From: Camelus dromedarius
Lineage: Eukaryota
NCBI RefSeq assembly: GCF_036321535.1
Contig: NC_087437.1
Location: 109,804,001-109,864,000, forward strand
Direction: 5' to 3'
Length of the DNA stretch: 60,000 bases
Of the stretch, positions 24,601-37,722 are shown in pieces (position 1 is the stretch's first letter; every line of letters starts with the position of its first letter). The notes below the pieces were generated by a model. That model was not told the origin of the DNA, did not search any database, and saw nothing but the letters and a program-made list of their open reading frames with translations. The translations under genes and the position numbers were made by a program.

Positions 24601-25774
24601 AGCCTGCCTTTATCAAGTTGCCCTGTGACTTACCTGAACTCAGAAGGGAAAGGAAAAGAACTTCCACTACAAATGAGTGAATGGTAAGTCCATCGGCGAG
24701 CTGAAATTGAAGACTTCTTTGGCTTCCAATGAACAGACTAACCTAGCTGAAAAACCTGAAACAATGGTTTGTTTGAAAATAATCAGAAACTGTGAGTGTA
24801 TGCTTCCCTTCCCTTTCAATCAAATTTTATTTCAAATTTTATGCTATTTTTAGAATTAGCAAAGTAGAAAAAAAAATTTATTTCTGTATGCTTTCGGTAT
24901 CTCAGATTGTGGGCGGTCGTTCTCCTGGGGACAGTAACACAGATGTGTGTATATGTGTAAGAATGGAGTCCTAAAGGAATGACTTCCAGATTCTGTAGAT
25001 TCTGTGTTGGTTGAATTCTGTACATGAGACTATCTCCATGTAAAACAAAAAGTAAAGCACAGTTTTGCATGCAACTTTTAGCTAAATATAAATATGGTTC
25101 TTACTGTTCCCTTGAGATTCATAATCCATTTAAATAACATGTATTGATCTTCTAGTGCTTGCTAGAAACATCACATATCCTATCGTAATTGAATTAGGTT
25201 ATTCTTTAATTTGGAGATGGAAAAATCCCCTTTGGCACAGATTCTGACATTAAAGAAAAAAAAAAATCTCTGCTGGCACAAGTTTCACAAAGAAAGGGAC
25301 GTTCTCCTCACAGAGCAATTCACAGCTGACTCTCTGAAGCTGTGATGGGGCCACCCAGAGCAGAACAGGTTAGACTTAGAGTGTTAGACTTACACAGTGA
25401 ATAGACTTATGCTTACAGCAAATAGACTAGAAGAATCGGCAGCAGCCCGTCCGAATGCTGTCACCCCCACACTCTGTTCTCGTAGACCATTGTCTTCACT
25501 TTACATCTGAACACGCGTCACTCATCTACATATTTGTTATGTTCTGTGTCCACACTCTATCACCCTGGACTCTAGGCTTGAAATCCCAATTATAATGATC
25601 CCTTGTGTCAGGCTCTGGTCACTACAGAAAATGGAAAATCAATCAACAAAGTGCAATTCTACAAAACCTCTCAAGTCCGTTTTCCATCTAATGAGAAAAT
25701 TCCCTGCTGTAAACAGTCCTAGTAATTAACAACTTGACTCAAATGTAGTTTCAAGCCCTTCATTTGTTTATCCC

Positions 25775-25890
25775 TTCATTAATTCATCAAATGTTGATTA
25801 CCCAGTGACAACAGGACATGCATTGTTCTAAGCACTGAAGATTAACTATGGAGAAAGTACAGTCCCTGCCTCAGGGAGCTTATGGGCTAA
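25775..25890 (-). mobile_element. L2 3' fragment
   Basis: CATTAATTCATCAAATG...TGTTCTAAGCACTGAAGAT...GTCCCTGCCTCAGGGAGCTTA. Confidence 0.65.
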
Positions 25891-27785
25891 TTAGGAGAGA
25901 GCAGTTGCTGCAACCATGATTCCCGTTTGGAACCACTCTTCCATTTGATTTTAAAATCATAGGATTTATGACAAGGTGTCCCAAACACAAATGCCTGCAG
26001 GGATCAGGGTGGAGACAGGGAAAAAAAAATGGAGCAGGGCAGGTGAGGACAGTGCATACTCCATTAACGTAGCAAAAGCTACCCAAATTCAGCTGATGTT
26101 TATCACATGGAAGTGCACCCTTGTGTTATTAGAACTTCCCTTTCTTAACAAGAACTCAGAAATCTTTTTTTTTTTTTTAATGAAATTGTCTAATTTTTTA
26201 ACAGTGCCAACAGTGTGATTGTTGGAAAAAACATGTGGAACAAATTCAGTACAAGGTTTGCCAGTTTCTAACCACTTGTCAAGACCCAATGATCTACAGG
26301 TATCAATTGCTGTCAGGAAAGCCTCTTACTTGAGTGGTCACTGACCCCACCCATGTTTCAGTTTCTTCGTCAACACAGGCAGAGCAGACTCCGCTGGCTG
26401 CCTCCAAGGAATGTTTCAGAATTAATAGCCCCGTGAAAGACTTAGATCTCCTTCGATAAAGGTATTGTACAAATAAACATTATGATCACTAATATAATGT
26501 TTCACCCTGAAGAGTTGCACTATTTGTCCCAAACTAGGATAATTCGGTCCTGCACGTTGCACAAACAGAGGAGAGGACAAAGTGGTTAGAGTTATTTAAT
26601 ACCAAATTCTAGATTTTTCCCTTAAATGACACACTTGCAATTTTTTTTTTCATTTGTAAACTACCTAGAGTGGTTTAAAAGGCTCCCAAGGAAACTATAC
26701 ACCTGCTTTCAGAATGAGTCTTCATTTTAAAAGGTAACCTCAATAGTTTATGAGCTGCCTGGATTATTTTTTTCCCATATGAAAGTAATGATGGGAATTT
26801 AAAATGCTGCTAAAATGTAAGAAAATAAGGTTGACTGGTACATGCCCCGATTCTCTTAGGGAACTCTACATGCCCAGTGTTTCCATTCCCGAAATGGCAC
26901 TGATTCACCTGGTAGAGAGAGAAAAGTGGAGGAGAACCCCTCTGCCCATCTTTCCTCGGCTTCACAATCCCTGAAACCAAGCAGAGAATATAGCAAAACT
27001 GGCTTCTCTAGATTCAATTCTTCCCTAACAGAAATTCTGTTTTGGTAACACTGTTGTTCAGACGAAACCTGTATTTACCTCTGCTGGTGTATTGCATGCT
27101 TTGTGTTGATTCTCTGGTTCTACCGGTGCTTCGGAGGCAGAGGCTAATGTCACGTGCTGGTTAGGCTGGAAGCTTGAGACATGCTCATCACTCGGGTTCA
27201 TCTTCGTTGTGCTCCTTTGAATACTGCACAGCAGCCATGACAGGGACATACTCCAAAGAGATCCAGACTGCCTAGGGTTGAATAGGAAAAAGTTAGCACC
27301 TGCTGGATAAATAATGCAATCCAGTCAGATTCACCACCCAGTGATCTTTTTTGAAAAGTGTTCTCTCAATTGTTAGGTATGAGGGCAATAAATTAATCCA
27401 TATCTCCTTTTCCCCAAGAAATGTCGATGAACAGGTTTGGGTAAAATCTGGCTAACTGCATAGCTGGCTTCAAGGGGTTGCTGGGGCCTCTGCCTTAATA
27501 AAACAACTTTGTCCATCACTCAGGTTATACCATAAGTGTAACTAGAAGATGTTGGCTCTCAGGCCAGACAAATACAGGCTTCTAAAGAGCACTGTGTAGC
27601 ATTACTCTCCGGAATATGTTAAGTTGAGAAATAAAGGCTTTTCCCCAAGCTCAAGAAATTCTAAGTCCTGGGAAGATATTGTCCCTGTAAGGACATATAT
27701 ACTATATAGTTACTTTCAACTTATGATAAAATGATTTTAGATATTAATCGCTCATCTAAAAAAAAATAATACCTCTGCTAGATAC

Positions 27786-27883
27786 AGAAAGAAAGGAAGG
27801 AAGGAAGGAAGGAAGGAAGGAAGGAAAGAAAAAAAAAAGAAAGAGAGGGAGAAAGAAAGTAAAGAAAGAAAAAGACAAAGAAG
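27786..27883 (+). repeat. (GGAA)n/(GAAA)n microsatellite
   Basis: Directly visible. Confidence 0.95.
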
Positions 27884-28799
27884 TCAAGCTCTTTTAGTGG
27901 AATTTGTCATGTAGCTCAAGATACAAAATACCCGGTCTTGGAAATCATTTAAGAACTATTTTTAAGTATTGCCATCAATTTACAAAATTTAAGATAATTC
28001 AAAATTCACATGGTGAATTTGAAGCAGAGCTAATAGAAAGAAATATCTCCTATTTTCCCTACAACAATATTGCACACTATGATATGGTTGCTTTATACAA
28101 TAATGGGCTTGGGATCTGATGTATTCCAATTGGCGTGACTCTCACAGGACTGACTTCTTTCACTGTGGCCATACAATAATGATGATCATTGAAAGGACAA
28201 TATGAACTCACAGATAAAAGATTATATTGAGATTAAACAGGCTGAGTTTCAGATACTCATCCCTGACTTTCTTAGCAGTATTGGAAAAGTAACACAGTCT
28301 TATATTTTCATTCCCAAAACACAGACCTAACATGTTTTTGGGTATTTGGTTCTAAGTTCATTAAAATACCAAGTATTCTAACATTATTCTTAAAAAAATA
28401 AAGACACAGGAAGATTATTAAAGTGCTTGACAATTAATAGTCAAATTGATGTCTTCTCTGTAAAACTGCATCCTGGATAACACCTTGATTTATATCTAAT
28501 ACTGTGAGTGCAGAATTTATTAGTCTTAGCTCTAGAGAAAAGGCTGCTGCCTACTGAAAAATTATGGTGTCTTTTTGGAGCCCAGGGACATTTCCTTAAG
28601 AAACTCTGCTATCACTGTGGCCATTAAGGTTTCTAAGTGACATGAAATGAAAATTGAGGTGCCATGGTCTTCTCCTAGTACTTAAATAAAGGGCCATATG
28701 TAAATGAGGCTGAATAGCAGATGTGTCTTGTGTATGGAGGGTCAAGTCAGTCATAGAGTGAAGGTGAGGATATGAGGCAATCAGTAAAATATAGCACTA

Positions 28800-29000
28800 A
28801 TCACTATTGAAACCTATCATTTACCAGGTGTTTAAAAGGAATATAGTATTAATCCTTGTGACATACCTTCAAGATAGGTATTATTATCATTTTTTCCCAG
28901 GTTAAGGAACTGAGGTCCACAGAGATTAAGAACAATACGTGGCAGAGTTGGAACACCAACCTGAGTCTTTCTTCCTCCAAAGTCCACACTCTCTGACTCC
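28800..29000 (-). mobile_element. MIR
   Basis: TAATCCT...GATAGGTATTATTATC...GGAACTGAGGTCCACAGAGATTAAG...GTGGCAGAG. Confidence 0.7.
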
Positions 29001-30162
29001 AGTATGCTCAGTCTTCAACCCCAGTTCATTACAAGAAAGCAATCTAAGTGGAATTTTTTTTTTTAAAGAATACAACACATTCAACTAACGCACCATGTCT
29101 TAGATAAAGAATGAAATAATTAAAAGTACTTTCAAGAAGTATTTAAGAAAAATCTCTAAAACGTATTTGAGTTTTAGATTATGGTCAAATTTGGAGGAAA
29201 GAAAAAGGAAAAAAAATCTGTTGGTGGAGTAAAGCATTTTAAAAAAATACAAATATCGAGAAAAACGGGGAGAAAATGAGAGATTCTGAGACTAGAGATC
29301 ACAAAAATACAGACAAGAGAGAAGAAGTGAAACAAGAAGTAGAGGATGCAGATCAGGAAGGCACACAGAGACCTGAAGAAGGCAGGTACGGAGTTTGCCC
29401 AGCACTGTCCCGCCATGTTCTAACGTGGCTTCCTGTACTGAAGAGCTGGAGGGTAAAAAAATATATCTTACCCACTTTTTTCGGGTCATTCTTCACATTA
29501 TTTACATGTCCAAAAATTAAATGAACTTGCATGAAATTCCTTTGGGCTCTGAGTTACATAAGAAGAGAGTGGATGACTGCAGCATATCCATTTTGTTGGC
29601 ACTGTTATGAGGAGATATGTTTCTGGGGCCAGTAACTGTGGTGGTATCAAGGAAAGAAGCTTCTAGATACTTACAGTTTTCCATCATGGCAAGAGTGGCA
29701 CCTTGTCATTTGGGGAATCATTCTTAAAGTCCCAGGCTATAGTCTGTTCACTCTTCCAAACAATTCTATGAGCTGTCTATCTCTTTGGAAATACTCCTCT
29801 CCAAACTCTAACTAGAGGGGATGTGTGAGTGCCAATCATGAATTCTGACTAATGCAGAAGGACAGAGTTGAGTTGGGTGAGCTAAAAGGGAGACAGACCC
29901 CTTAGTTTTCAATATTAGTGTTGTTGAGCAGGGCTGTGAACTTGTTTTCCACTCAGTTTTGAAATGTTGACAGATTAATCTCTGTTCACAGGGGCTCTTT
30001 TAAACTCTCAGTGGGTCCACTTTGAACATAATGCTCACACCCGATTAGTGGAAAAATTCATTAAGATCCATCAGTGAGGGTCACATCTTAGCCACATAAA
30101 ATTAAGCCAATGTGCCAAAGGTTCCTGATTCCTGGTGGACATTTAAATATCATTAATAGTTT

Positions 30163-30465
30163 TATTTTGGTTTTAGTTTTATTTTTTATTAAAGTGTAGT
30201 TGGTTTATAATGTTACTTTCAAGTGTACAGCAAAGTGATTCAGTTATACATATATATCTTTTTTCTCTTCAGATTCTTTTCCATTGTAGGCCATTTCAAG
30301 AAATTGAATATAGTTCTCTGTGCTATACAGTGGGTCTTTGTTTTTTTAATTTTATTATTTCAGTAAAGTGTAGTTGATTTACAATGTTAATTTCAGGTGT
30401 ACAGCAAAGCGATTCAGTTATATGTATGTATATATATACATTTTCTTTTCAGATACTTTTCCAGT
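30163..30465 (-). mobile_element. Two head-to-tail L1 3'-end fragments
   Basis: AAAGTGTAGTTG...GTGTACAGCAAAG.GATTCAGTTATA occurs twice (~30190 and ~30365), each preceded by a T-rich tail. Confidence 0.8.
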
Positions 30466-32429
30466 ATCTTTTTTTTTTTTAAAGATTATTACAAAATCAA
30501 CCGGTTTTACTGGGAATAGAGTATCATAAAGAAGTGTGGCTGAGAATAGCACGCGAATTGAAATGCAGAGTTAGTTAAAATATGTGGGAAAGAGCTAAGT
30601 GCAATCAGAGGTAAAAAACAATCAGTTTATGCCAGAGGTGGAGGAAAGAAGAATGACTTTTACCAATATGTCAAGAAATAGAAGTACTCAAAAGGAGATA
30701 GGCCCATAATAAATGACTGGATAAAATGAACATGGCAAATGTAACCAAATTACTACAGGTCCATTAAAAGAAAAATAAACAAAGAAAGCTGAGAAATGCA
30801 CTGAAGTTAAGGACTGAGAAGAGCTGCTCTTTCTAAGTGAGAAAGAAAAGGAGAATTCTGAGCAAATGTTCATATAGAAACTCAAGTGCCTCAAGTTAAT
30901 TCAACGTGTTCTTCTCTCAAGCATTTTACTTAAAAAAAAAAAATTTACATGTCCCAAGTCTCCAGTTTCTTAGAGGAAGTGGCAATTTCAGATGCTCAGT
31001 TACTTCATGGAAGGGGATCAAAGTAGATTCCAAATGGAAAAATCAAGATCATGTTGAAGACACCCACGTTTCTTTGCATCTGTAACTGTGACAATGGCTT
31101 CTGACATGGGAGAGGATTTGTCTCCAGGAACATTAAACAGTAACAAAGAGAGCAAAAGCAAGATTCCACCCTTGGTGTGGTACAGAGACTTCCTGTGAAA
31201 GTCAATAGGCCTTGAAAGGGGGTTAATATGTCATAGAATTTGGCTGTATGGCTTTTATGGTATATGAATATATTTAATTGGAGAGAGACTGATGGTGGTA
31301 GGGAGGGTGAGGAATGAGGAAGGGAACATGCTGCTTGCAAAAGGGCACACTTCTCAGCTTAGGACTTTTCATGACTATGTGACTTTTTCCCAGGGCTATT
31401 TTCTTGGGCAGAATCTTCATTCATTTCACCCTCTTGGAAACGAAACTGTATTATGCACACTAAAATTAAACTCAGTTTTCCCAAGAAGATGGTTAATAAG
31501 ATGTTGTTTAAATTGTCATCACTCTGTGCAAGTGTGGAGATGATGTTATTCTTGTGTCCAAGAAGAAAGGAGACTTTTCCCAGCAGAGGGACTTCAACCA
31601 TCTCAGCCCCCTTCTCCCTAATGGGGGAACAGACAAATATTGATTCCTGTAGAGAACATTGAAAAGTAGGTCCAGTTTAAAATGTCATGTAGCAACCCAT
31701 ACGCTAGATGAGATATCAGGATGGAGAATTGTTCCCATCTTCATCTCCCAGTTAATAAAGATTTGAGCAAATGTGGAAGCCAAGGCCAAAATTTAGCAAC
31801 AAGGATCCTGAAGATCATAGCAGAAACTCCTGAGTGATTAAGTGAAACCAGAACATGTGAGATTCAGCCTAGGGAAGGCTTGCTTGAGTACACCAGCTCC
31901 TTAGAAAGGAGGAAGTGAGAGGAGTTCCATGTTCCTCTGGGTATCCTTTATAGAGCTATATTCTATGTAAATATGTAAACTATATAAGTTTTATTGCAGA
32001 TAGGAATACAGTAAGCCACCATTTGACTGGGGTAAGCAGTAGGGTTGAGGCTCCATATCCTCACGGTCTTGAACTTTGCCCATGTCTTTCCTACAGATAC
32101 AATCTTTGTTGAGTCATCTCCATTTGCTTTCTAGAAAATAAATGTGTTTCCTCTAAAATACTGGAAATGTAGGCTGGAAACATACAATTTTGTTGTTCCA
32201 TCATTGTAATCTAAACAGTGTGTTTCCGTAACTTGTTAAATCTGATGCCTCAATTTTCCCCTTGGAATCCCCACCCTTGTTTGACTATAAGAATAGCACT
32301 GAATTATTTTTATGAAGGAGAGTATTTTTTTAACGAAGTCTTTGGAAAAAATCTATCTGTTAATGAAAAACAGATGCCATTTTTTTTTTTTTTTTACTAT
32401 TACTGCTCTTACTACTGCTCATTGCCAAC

Positions 32430-32990
32430 CACTAGTTTTTATTAAGGACTTATTTTGTGCTGGTGACTGTAGGCCATCATGTACATTATCACAGCTGATC
32501 CACTTGGTTAGTTTTTTAAATTTTTATCTCCCTTTACGTATGAGAAAACTGAAGCCTAGTGAATTTAAGCAACTTGCTTATGGGTACGCAGCTTGCAAGA
32601 GATGTGCGTGGATTTGAATCCAGGAAATCATTCCTTTCATGACCTACTTTGTTCTTCCAGAGGAAGCGGTAACTTACAAGTGTTCAGAGGCATTGTTGTT
32701 AATGTTATTATTGTGTATGTTGTGTTTATATTATTGTTAATGACATATCCTGAACCACACTTTCACATTTTAATAGATAGATATATAGATGTAACTTCAT
32801 ATAGATGTATTTTAGGCTTATGGAGGACTGTAAACATCCCATTTCATCCTCATAATATCTATTGGGGGAGATATGGTAGGCTTTATCATCTAAAATTTAT
32901 GAATGGGGGAATTGAAACTGAAAGGTATTATATAATTTGTCTAAAAATCACACAGCTAATGATAAACAGCAAGGCTTGTGTCTTCTAACT
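32430..32990 (-). mobile_element. Two MIR fragments
   Basis: ATGAGAAAACTGAAG...GGATTTGAATCCAGG and CATTTCATCCTCATAA...AATCACACAGCTAAT. Confidence 0.65.
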
Positions 32991-34829
32991 TAATTTTTTT
33001 CCAACCCACACGGTTCACCCAAAGTATTGTCAGCCGATCAAGTTATGTTCACCTGCCTCAGTCCCAAAGTGCCAACCTCATGAGAGATTTTTAAATCATG
33101 AAACACTTTAAAATAATCAACTAGTATTTATAAACTAGTGAGCACTAACCACCTGCAGGGAGGAATTTGAGGCATTTGTCTTAAACACAGGAATGATCAG
33201 GTCATTTGCTATCAATTTCGTCCCTCTGATGACAGGGGCGTTTAAAAAACAGACTGTTTCAAATGTTTATTCAAGGTATAAAGAAGATTGATCTGTCTAC
33301 ATTCCATCACATTTGTCAAGAGAGATTATGACCTGACTTTTGCAAATCGGGGTCATTGATAAAATGGAGGAAGTAATCGATATGAAAAATATTCTTCATG
33401 TTTGTGCCGTCAAGCATCACAAGTTCACGGTTTTACTTCTCAAAATGAGCTTGCACATATGGCGAGAAATACACAGTGGTATGCTGAGGGGTGGGGAGCA
33501 GGGAGGAGAGGAAAAGACAGGATACATGAGTATTGGGGGAACAACAGGAAATATCTTCCTAAATTATCAGCTCTCTCCGACATTTGGAAGAAATCAAATT
33601 AAGTGACTTAATTGGTGATTTTAAATACCAGCTGATATATTGCAACAAATAGATGACATGATAGAAAATGAAAAATACTGCAGTAATTAAAACACATTAA
33701 CACAGGAGATTTCTGAGATCTCATTACTTCAGCTGAGGCTTTGCCTATGAATTCATCTTCATTCTTTCAAAGGCATGCCTTTGGTTTTTGAAGCTATCCC
33801 TAGAGAAGCTGAGAAGCACTGATTTAGGGGGAATAAGGGAAAATTAAAAGTAGAATATGGAGCTTCGTGCATTTTTTTTCCTCCTACTGAAGTCACTGGA
33901 CCAGGGCATGGAAATTGCTGGGGAAATTTAACAAGCAGCTGCCTCTTATAGGAATCTGGTTCTTGCCATCCCTTCTGAGACTCGTAATTGGACTCCCAAT
34001 GACTTCAAAATGTTTTGCCTTTTTAGCTAATATTACAGGAATCTGAAGACACTGCATTTAAAACTGGAAGGAGAAAAGGAATGCTCACCATTGATTTATT
34101 TGTGAATTTCAGATTTTCAGAACCCAACCAGATAGAGCAGATGACAGAGCTTGACGCATTTCACACTACTTAACTACCGAAGCTCGGTGGATTCACGGTT
34201 TTTGAGAATTGGCACAATCATTTTGTGGACCCAAAGCCTCACCTTCAGAAAAGATTCACAGTCTCTCATCCATGTACACTGAAGAGCATATCTGAATTAT
34301 GAAGCATCTGCATCCGTCTGTTTCTAAAGTAACCAAGCAGATAGCCAGTTTTGACCAAGACGATAAAGCACTGTAGAATATTCAGGAAATGTAAATGAAT
34401 TACAAAACTCTCCTGAAACTTGAGACAGTGTTTTCTCTCCAGGTGGCTGCAGGAGAGCATGTTGCCTTCTATGTGGAAAATAAGAATCTCTGCCAGTGGC
34501 GTACATCTCAGCCAAAGTGATCTAGACCCAGATTAAATGCACGTTGAGGGTCTCCAAAACCACTCCAGTAAATATTAGTATCTCTGACTTGATCAGCAAT
34601 AAATTGTGAGTAGATGAGGCCCCCATGTTTTTATATAAATGAAGTTAACTGTATTTGTTTTGAGGCTGACCATATTTTTAACTGAAAAACAAAATCTCTA
34701 ATTGACCAAATAATAAGATAGTCACATGACTTACACAAGTAAGGTTTTCTGATTCACAACACACCGCTGACCTTAGATAGCTACTTTTTATTTTATAGCC
34801 TGATGCTGTCTCTGCTAAGAATGGAAGAA

Positions 34830-35125
34830 CTAAATTACGAAGCCCCTATTGTATGGCAAATACTTTCCAAAAACCACTTTTTTAAACGGAGGTACTGAGG
34901 ATTGAACCCGGGACCTCCTGATGCTAAGAACGCACTCTACCACTGAGCTCTATCCCTCTCCCCCCAAAACACTTTTGTTCAACTAATCATCACATCAATA
35001 TCAAGAGGTAAATAGTGTAATTGTCACTTAAAAGGTGAGAAAACTGAGACTAAGTTTAAGTAGCCTAATTTAATACTGCAGGAAACAGGTGATTTCAATG
35101 GAGACTTGACTGCTAACTCAGAGTA
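34830..35125 (-). mobile_element. MIR hosting a younger SINE
   Basis: CTAATCATCACA...GAGGTAAATAG...GGTGAGAAAACTGAGAC core on the right of the SINE; tail-like sequence on the left. Confidence 0.6.
34878..34963 (-). mobile_element. tRNA-derived SINE (short form)
   Basis: Reverse complement reads TAGAGCTCAGTGGTAGAGTGCG...GGGTTCAATCCTCAGTACCTCC plus A tail; approximate TSD CCAAAA..CACTTTT. Confidence 0.85.
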
Positions 35126-35189
35126 ATCTTTTTCTATGTCTCTTCAACGAAATGAAACTCAAATCTGTGGTGCCTAAAATACAAGTTCA

Positions 35190-35428
35190 GCGGGTGGGAA
35201 GGGATAAACTGGGAGCTCGAGATTTGCAGATACTGACTGGTATATATAAAATAGATAAACAAGTTTACACTGTATAGCACAGGGAACTATATTCTATATC
35301 TTGTAGTAGCTTATGGTAAAAAAGAATATGAAAATGAATATATGTATGTTCATGTGTGACTGAAGCATTGTGCTATACACCAGAAATTGACACAACATTG
35401 TAAACTGACTATATTTCAATAAAAAAAA
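35190..35428 (+). mobile_element. Young L1 3' end
   Basis: GGGTGGGAAGGGATAAA...TGTATAGCACAGGGAACTATATT...CAATAAAAAAAA; TSD AAGTTCA (35183-35189 and 35427-35433). Confidence 0.88.
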
Positions 35429-36939
35429 GTTCAAGGGCAAAGCTCTCTCATTCACAGTCCAACTGCATCTAGTAGTCATATTTAGTATACAATTCTGTTC
35501 AATCCACAGTATGTGAGTGCTCAATAAATGCACCTGGTTATAAAAGTTTATCATATGAAAGTATAAAATACTTAGATTATGCACGTCTTAGATTGTAGGG
35601 GTTGAATATCCTCACATGCAAATACCTAGCAGCCAACCGTGCTGCGTAAGTACTCTCTCAAATAAGAGAAAAGGAGATGTTGCCGTGAAGAAATTTTCAT
35701 AGATGACTGCATACTCTTTGTGAGCACTAGTACTTATTTTCTGAGCTCCCGATTAAGCTCTATTTATCAGAGTTCCCTTAACTACAAAGATAAATTCTAA
35801 AACTAACTGCCTTAATTATAACTAGTTGATTCTAATAATTGTTAGGCTATATGTATATCTCTGTCTTTATTTAATAAATACAAAATTTGTGTCCAGGAGT
35901 GTACCCTTATTACCTACCTTGTTGCACTTAATGAAATAATAATAGTCATAATAATAATAAAAAATACATACAAACAGAAGGGAGATGTCAGTTCTGAAAG
36001 AACATTTTCAAGATCACATACTAAACATGTGTTCAGAAAACAGCTTCAAAGAAAATATAATGGTGGTTAAATATTCATACTTTGTTCCTGTCTACTATAA
36101 TTCCTTTCATTTTTTTCCTATAATTAACTAGTGATGCCTGCCCTGCTCAATTATTATAAAGCTTCTCCTTAATGGAAGCACTTTACTTTTAAGCCACATT
36201 AAGAAGAGGCATTTTCATAATAGGTTTTTGTATTATGTAGCAAGTCATTAAATATACCTTATTCCTCACCTTACTTTTTGCTCAGAACAGTAATTCATTT
36301 GTCAAACCATAACATATAAAGATGACTTTGAAGGAAAAAAAACCTAAAGGAAAACTGAGAATTAGAGATTATTACAAAAATTAATATATGTATTTGGTTT
36401 AACTAAGTAGAATCTACAAATTTGTTGTAGACTATTATGGCCATGGGAGACACCCTCAGAGTTTAAATGCTTAACAGGTATCCTACTAAGAGTTTATTCA
36501 TTTGTTTATTCTCTTAATTTCTACCTGCAGAGAAGACAAATTGATATTTTTATTTAAGTGATTCTTGAGGAGTAGGGCCCAATAAAAAGCAAAAAGGTCA
36601 CTGATTGGCACAGACATGCAAATTCACACATTCGTCTATAGCATCTACTAACCCTGCTGTATCCTTCCAAATATAAAAGAAATATACATACAAATTACCT
36701 TATGTAAGTCATTTTAAACTAAAACCAAGTAGATTATGATAGTGAATTACTTAATTACCATGTTCAGTTTGCTAAAGCTGTCCTCAACAAATAGACCATT
36801 GCATTCAATAAAATTATAGTGAATACTTATTGCTCTTTGATCTTTTTAGGTAAAATTAAAATATTGAATTGACTTATTAACTTACGCTTGTTCAAAAATT
36901 TGCTGTTTGCTGGCCCATTTAAAATACTGTACTTCTACA

Positions 36940-37088
36940 TTTTTTATTGTCGCAGCTGGGAAGGTGTTATTGGCATCCAGTGTGTAGAGGCCACAGATGC
37001 TAAAAATTCTATGGTGCCCAGGACCACCCCCACAACAGAGAATTATCCAACCCAAAATGTCAATAATGATGAGGCTGAGAAACCTCAC
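36940..37088. mobile_element. MER20 (hAT) fragment
   Basis: TGGCATCCAGTGTGTAGAGGCCACAGATGCT...CCCCCACAACAGAGAATTATCCAACCCAAAATGTCAATAATGATGAGGCTGAGAAACC. Confidence 0.85.
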
Positions 37089-37722
37089 TTTAAGATGTAA
37101 ATAGTATCTACCCCTTTCATCACAGCATTGTTACGGGGCTCAAATATAGGTGAAGACAAGAAATGGCCTTCCATATCTGATATTAATACTGGTAATGCAT
37201 ATGGACACCCACACTGAGTCTTGAAAGGAAAATGGTTTTATTCTCCTAGATTAAAAAAGTACTGCAGCACTTCTTTGAGTGACCCCAAATATCTGTTTGT
37301 AAGTCACCCTATAGATTTGGGATGGAAAATATATGTCATCCATGATGTGGCACTTTTCCTTCCTACACACATAGTTTGTTGCCAGACGATTTTACTTACT
37401 AACCCCAGATTTGGCCATAGAACTCTTTTCAAAAAAATTCTATGGGCAGCAGTTGCTTTGTGTTCTAAAATCGAATTGCCATCCCCGATCTAAACTGCAC
37501 AAAACTAAGACAGCTGAGAACTGCCTTTCACAGTTAGCCAGTCCAGCTGCAGGATGAATTAGAGGAGGTGCCTGTCAGTCATGCTCTTAGCTGGGGAGCA
37601 CTTGTGAACTTGAAGCAGGACCCAGTAAATACCAAATGGTGAATTTATTGGGGTATGCCCAAAAGGTCCCAAGTTTAGCCCTGAAAAGTAAAACTGAATT
37701 ATGCTCAATGAAAAAAGAAGCC

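Noticed and set aside
25812..25830. Possible androgen/glucocorticoid response element GGACA...TGTTCT
   Set aside because: The spacer is not 3 bp and it lies inside an L2 fragment.
32593..32988. 131-aa ORF
   Set aside because: Spans MIR fragments and AT-rich sequence; no domain recognised.
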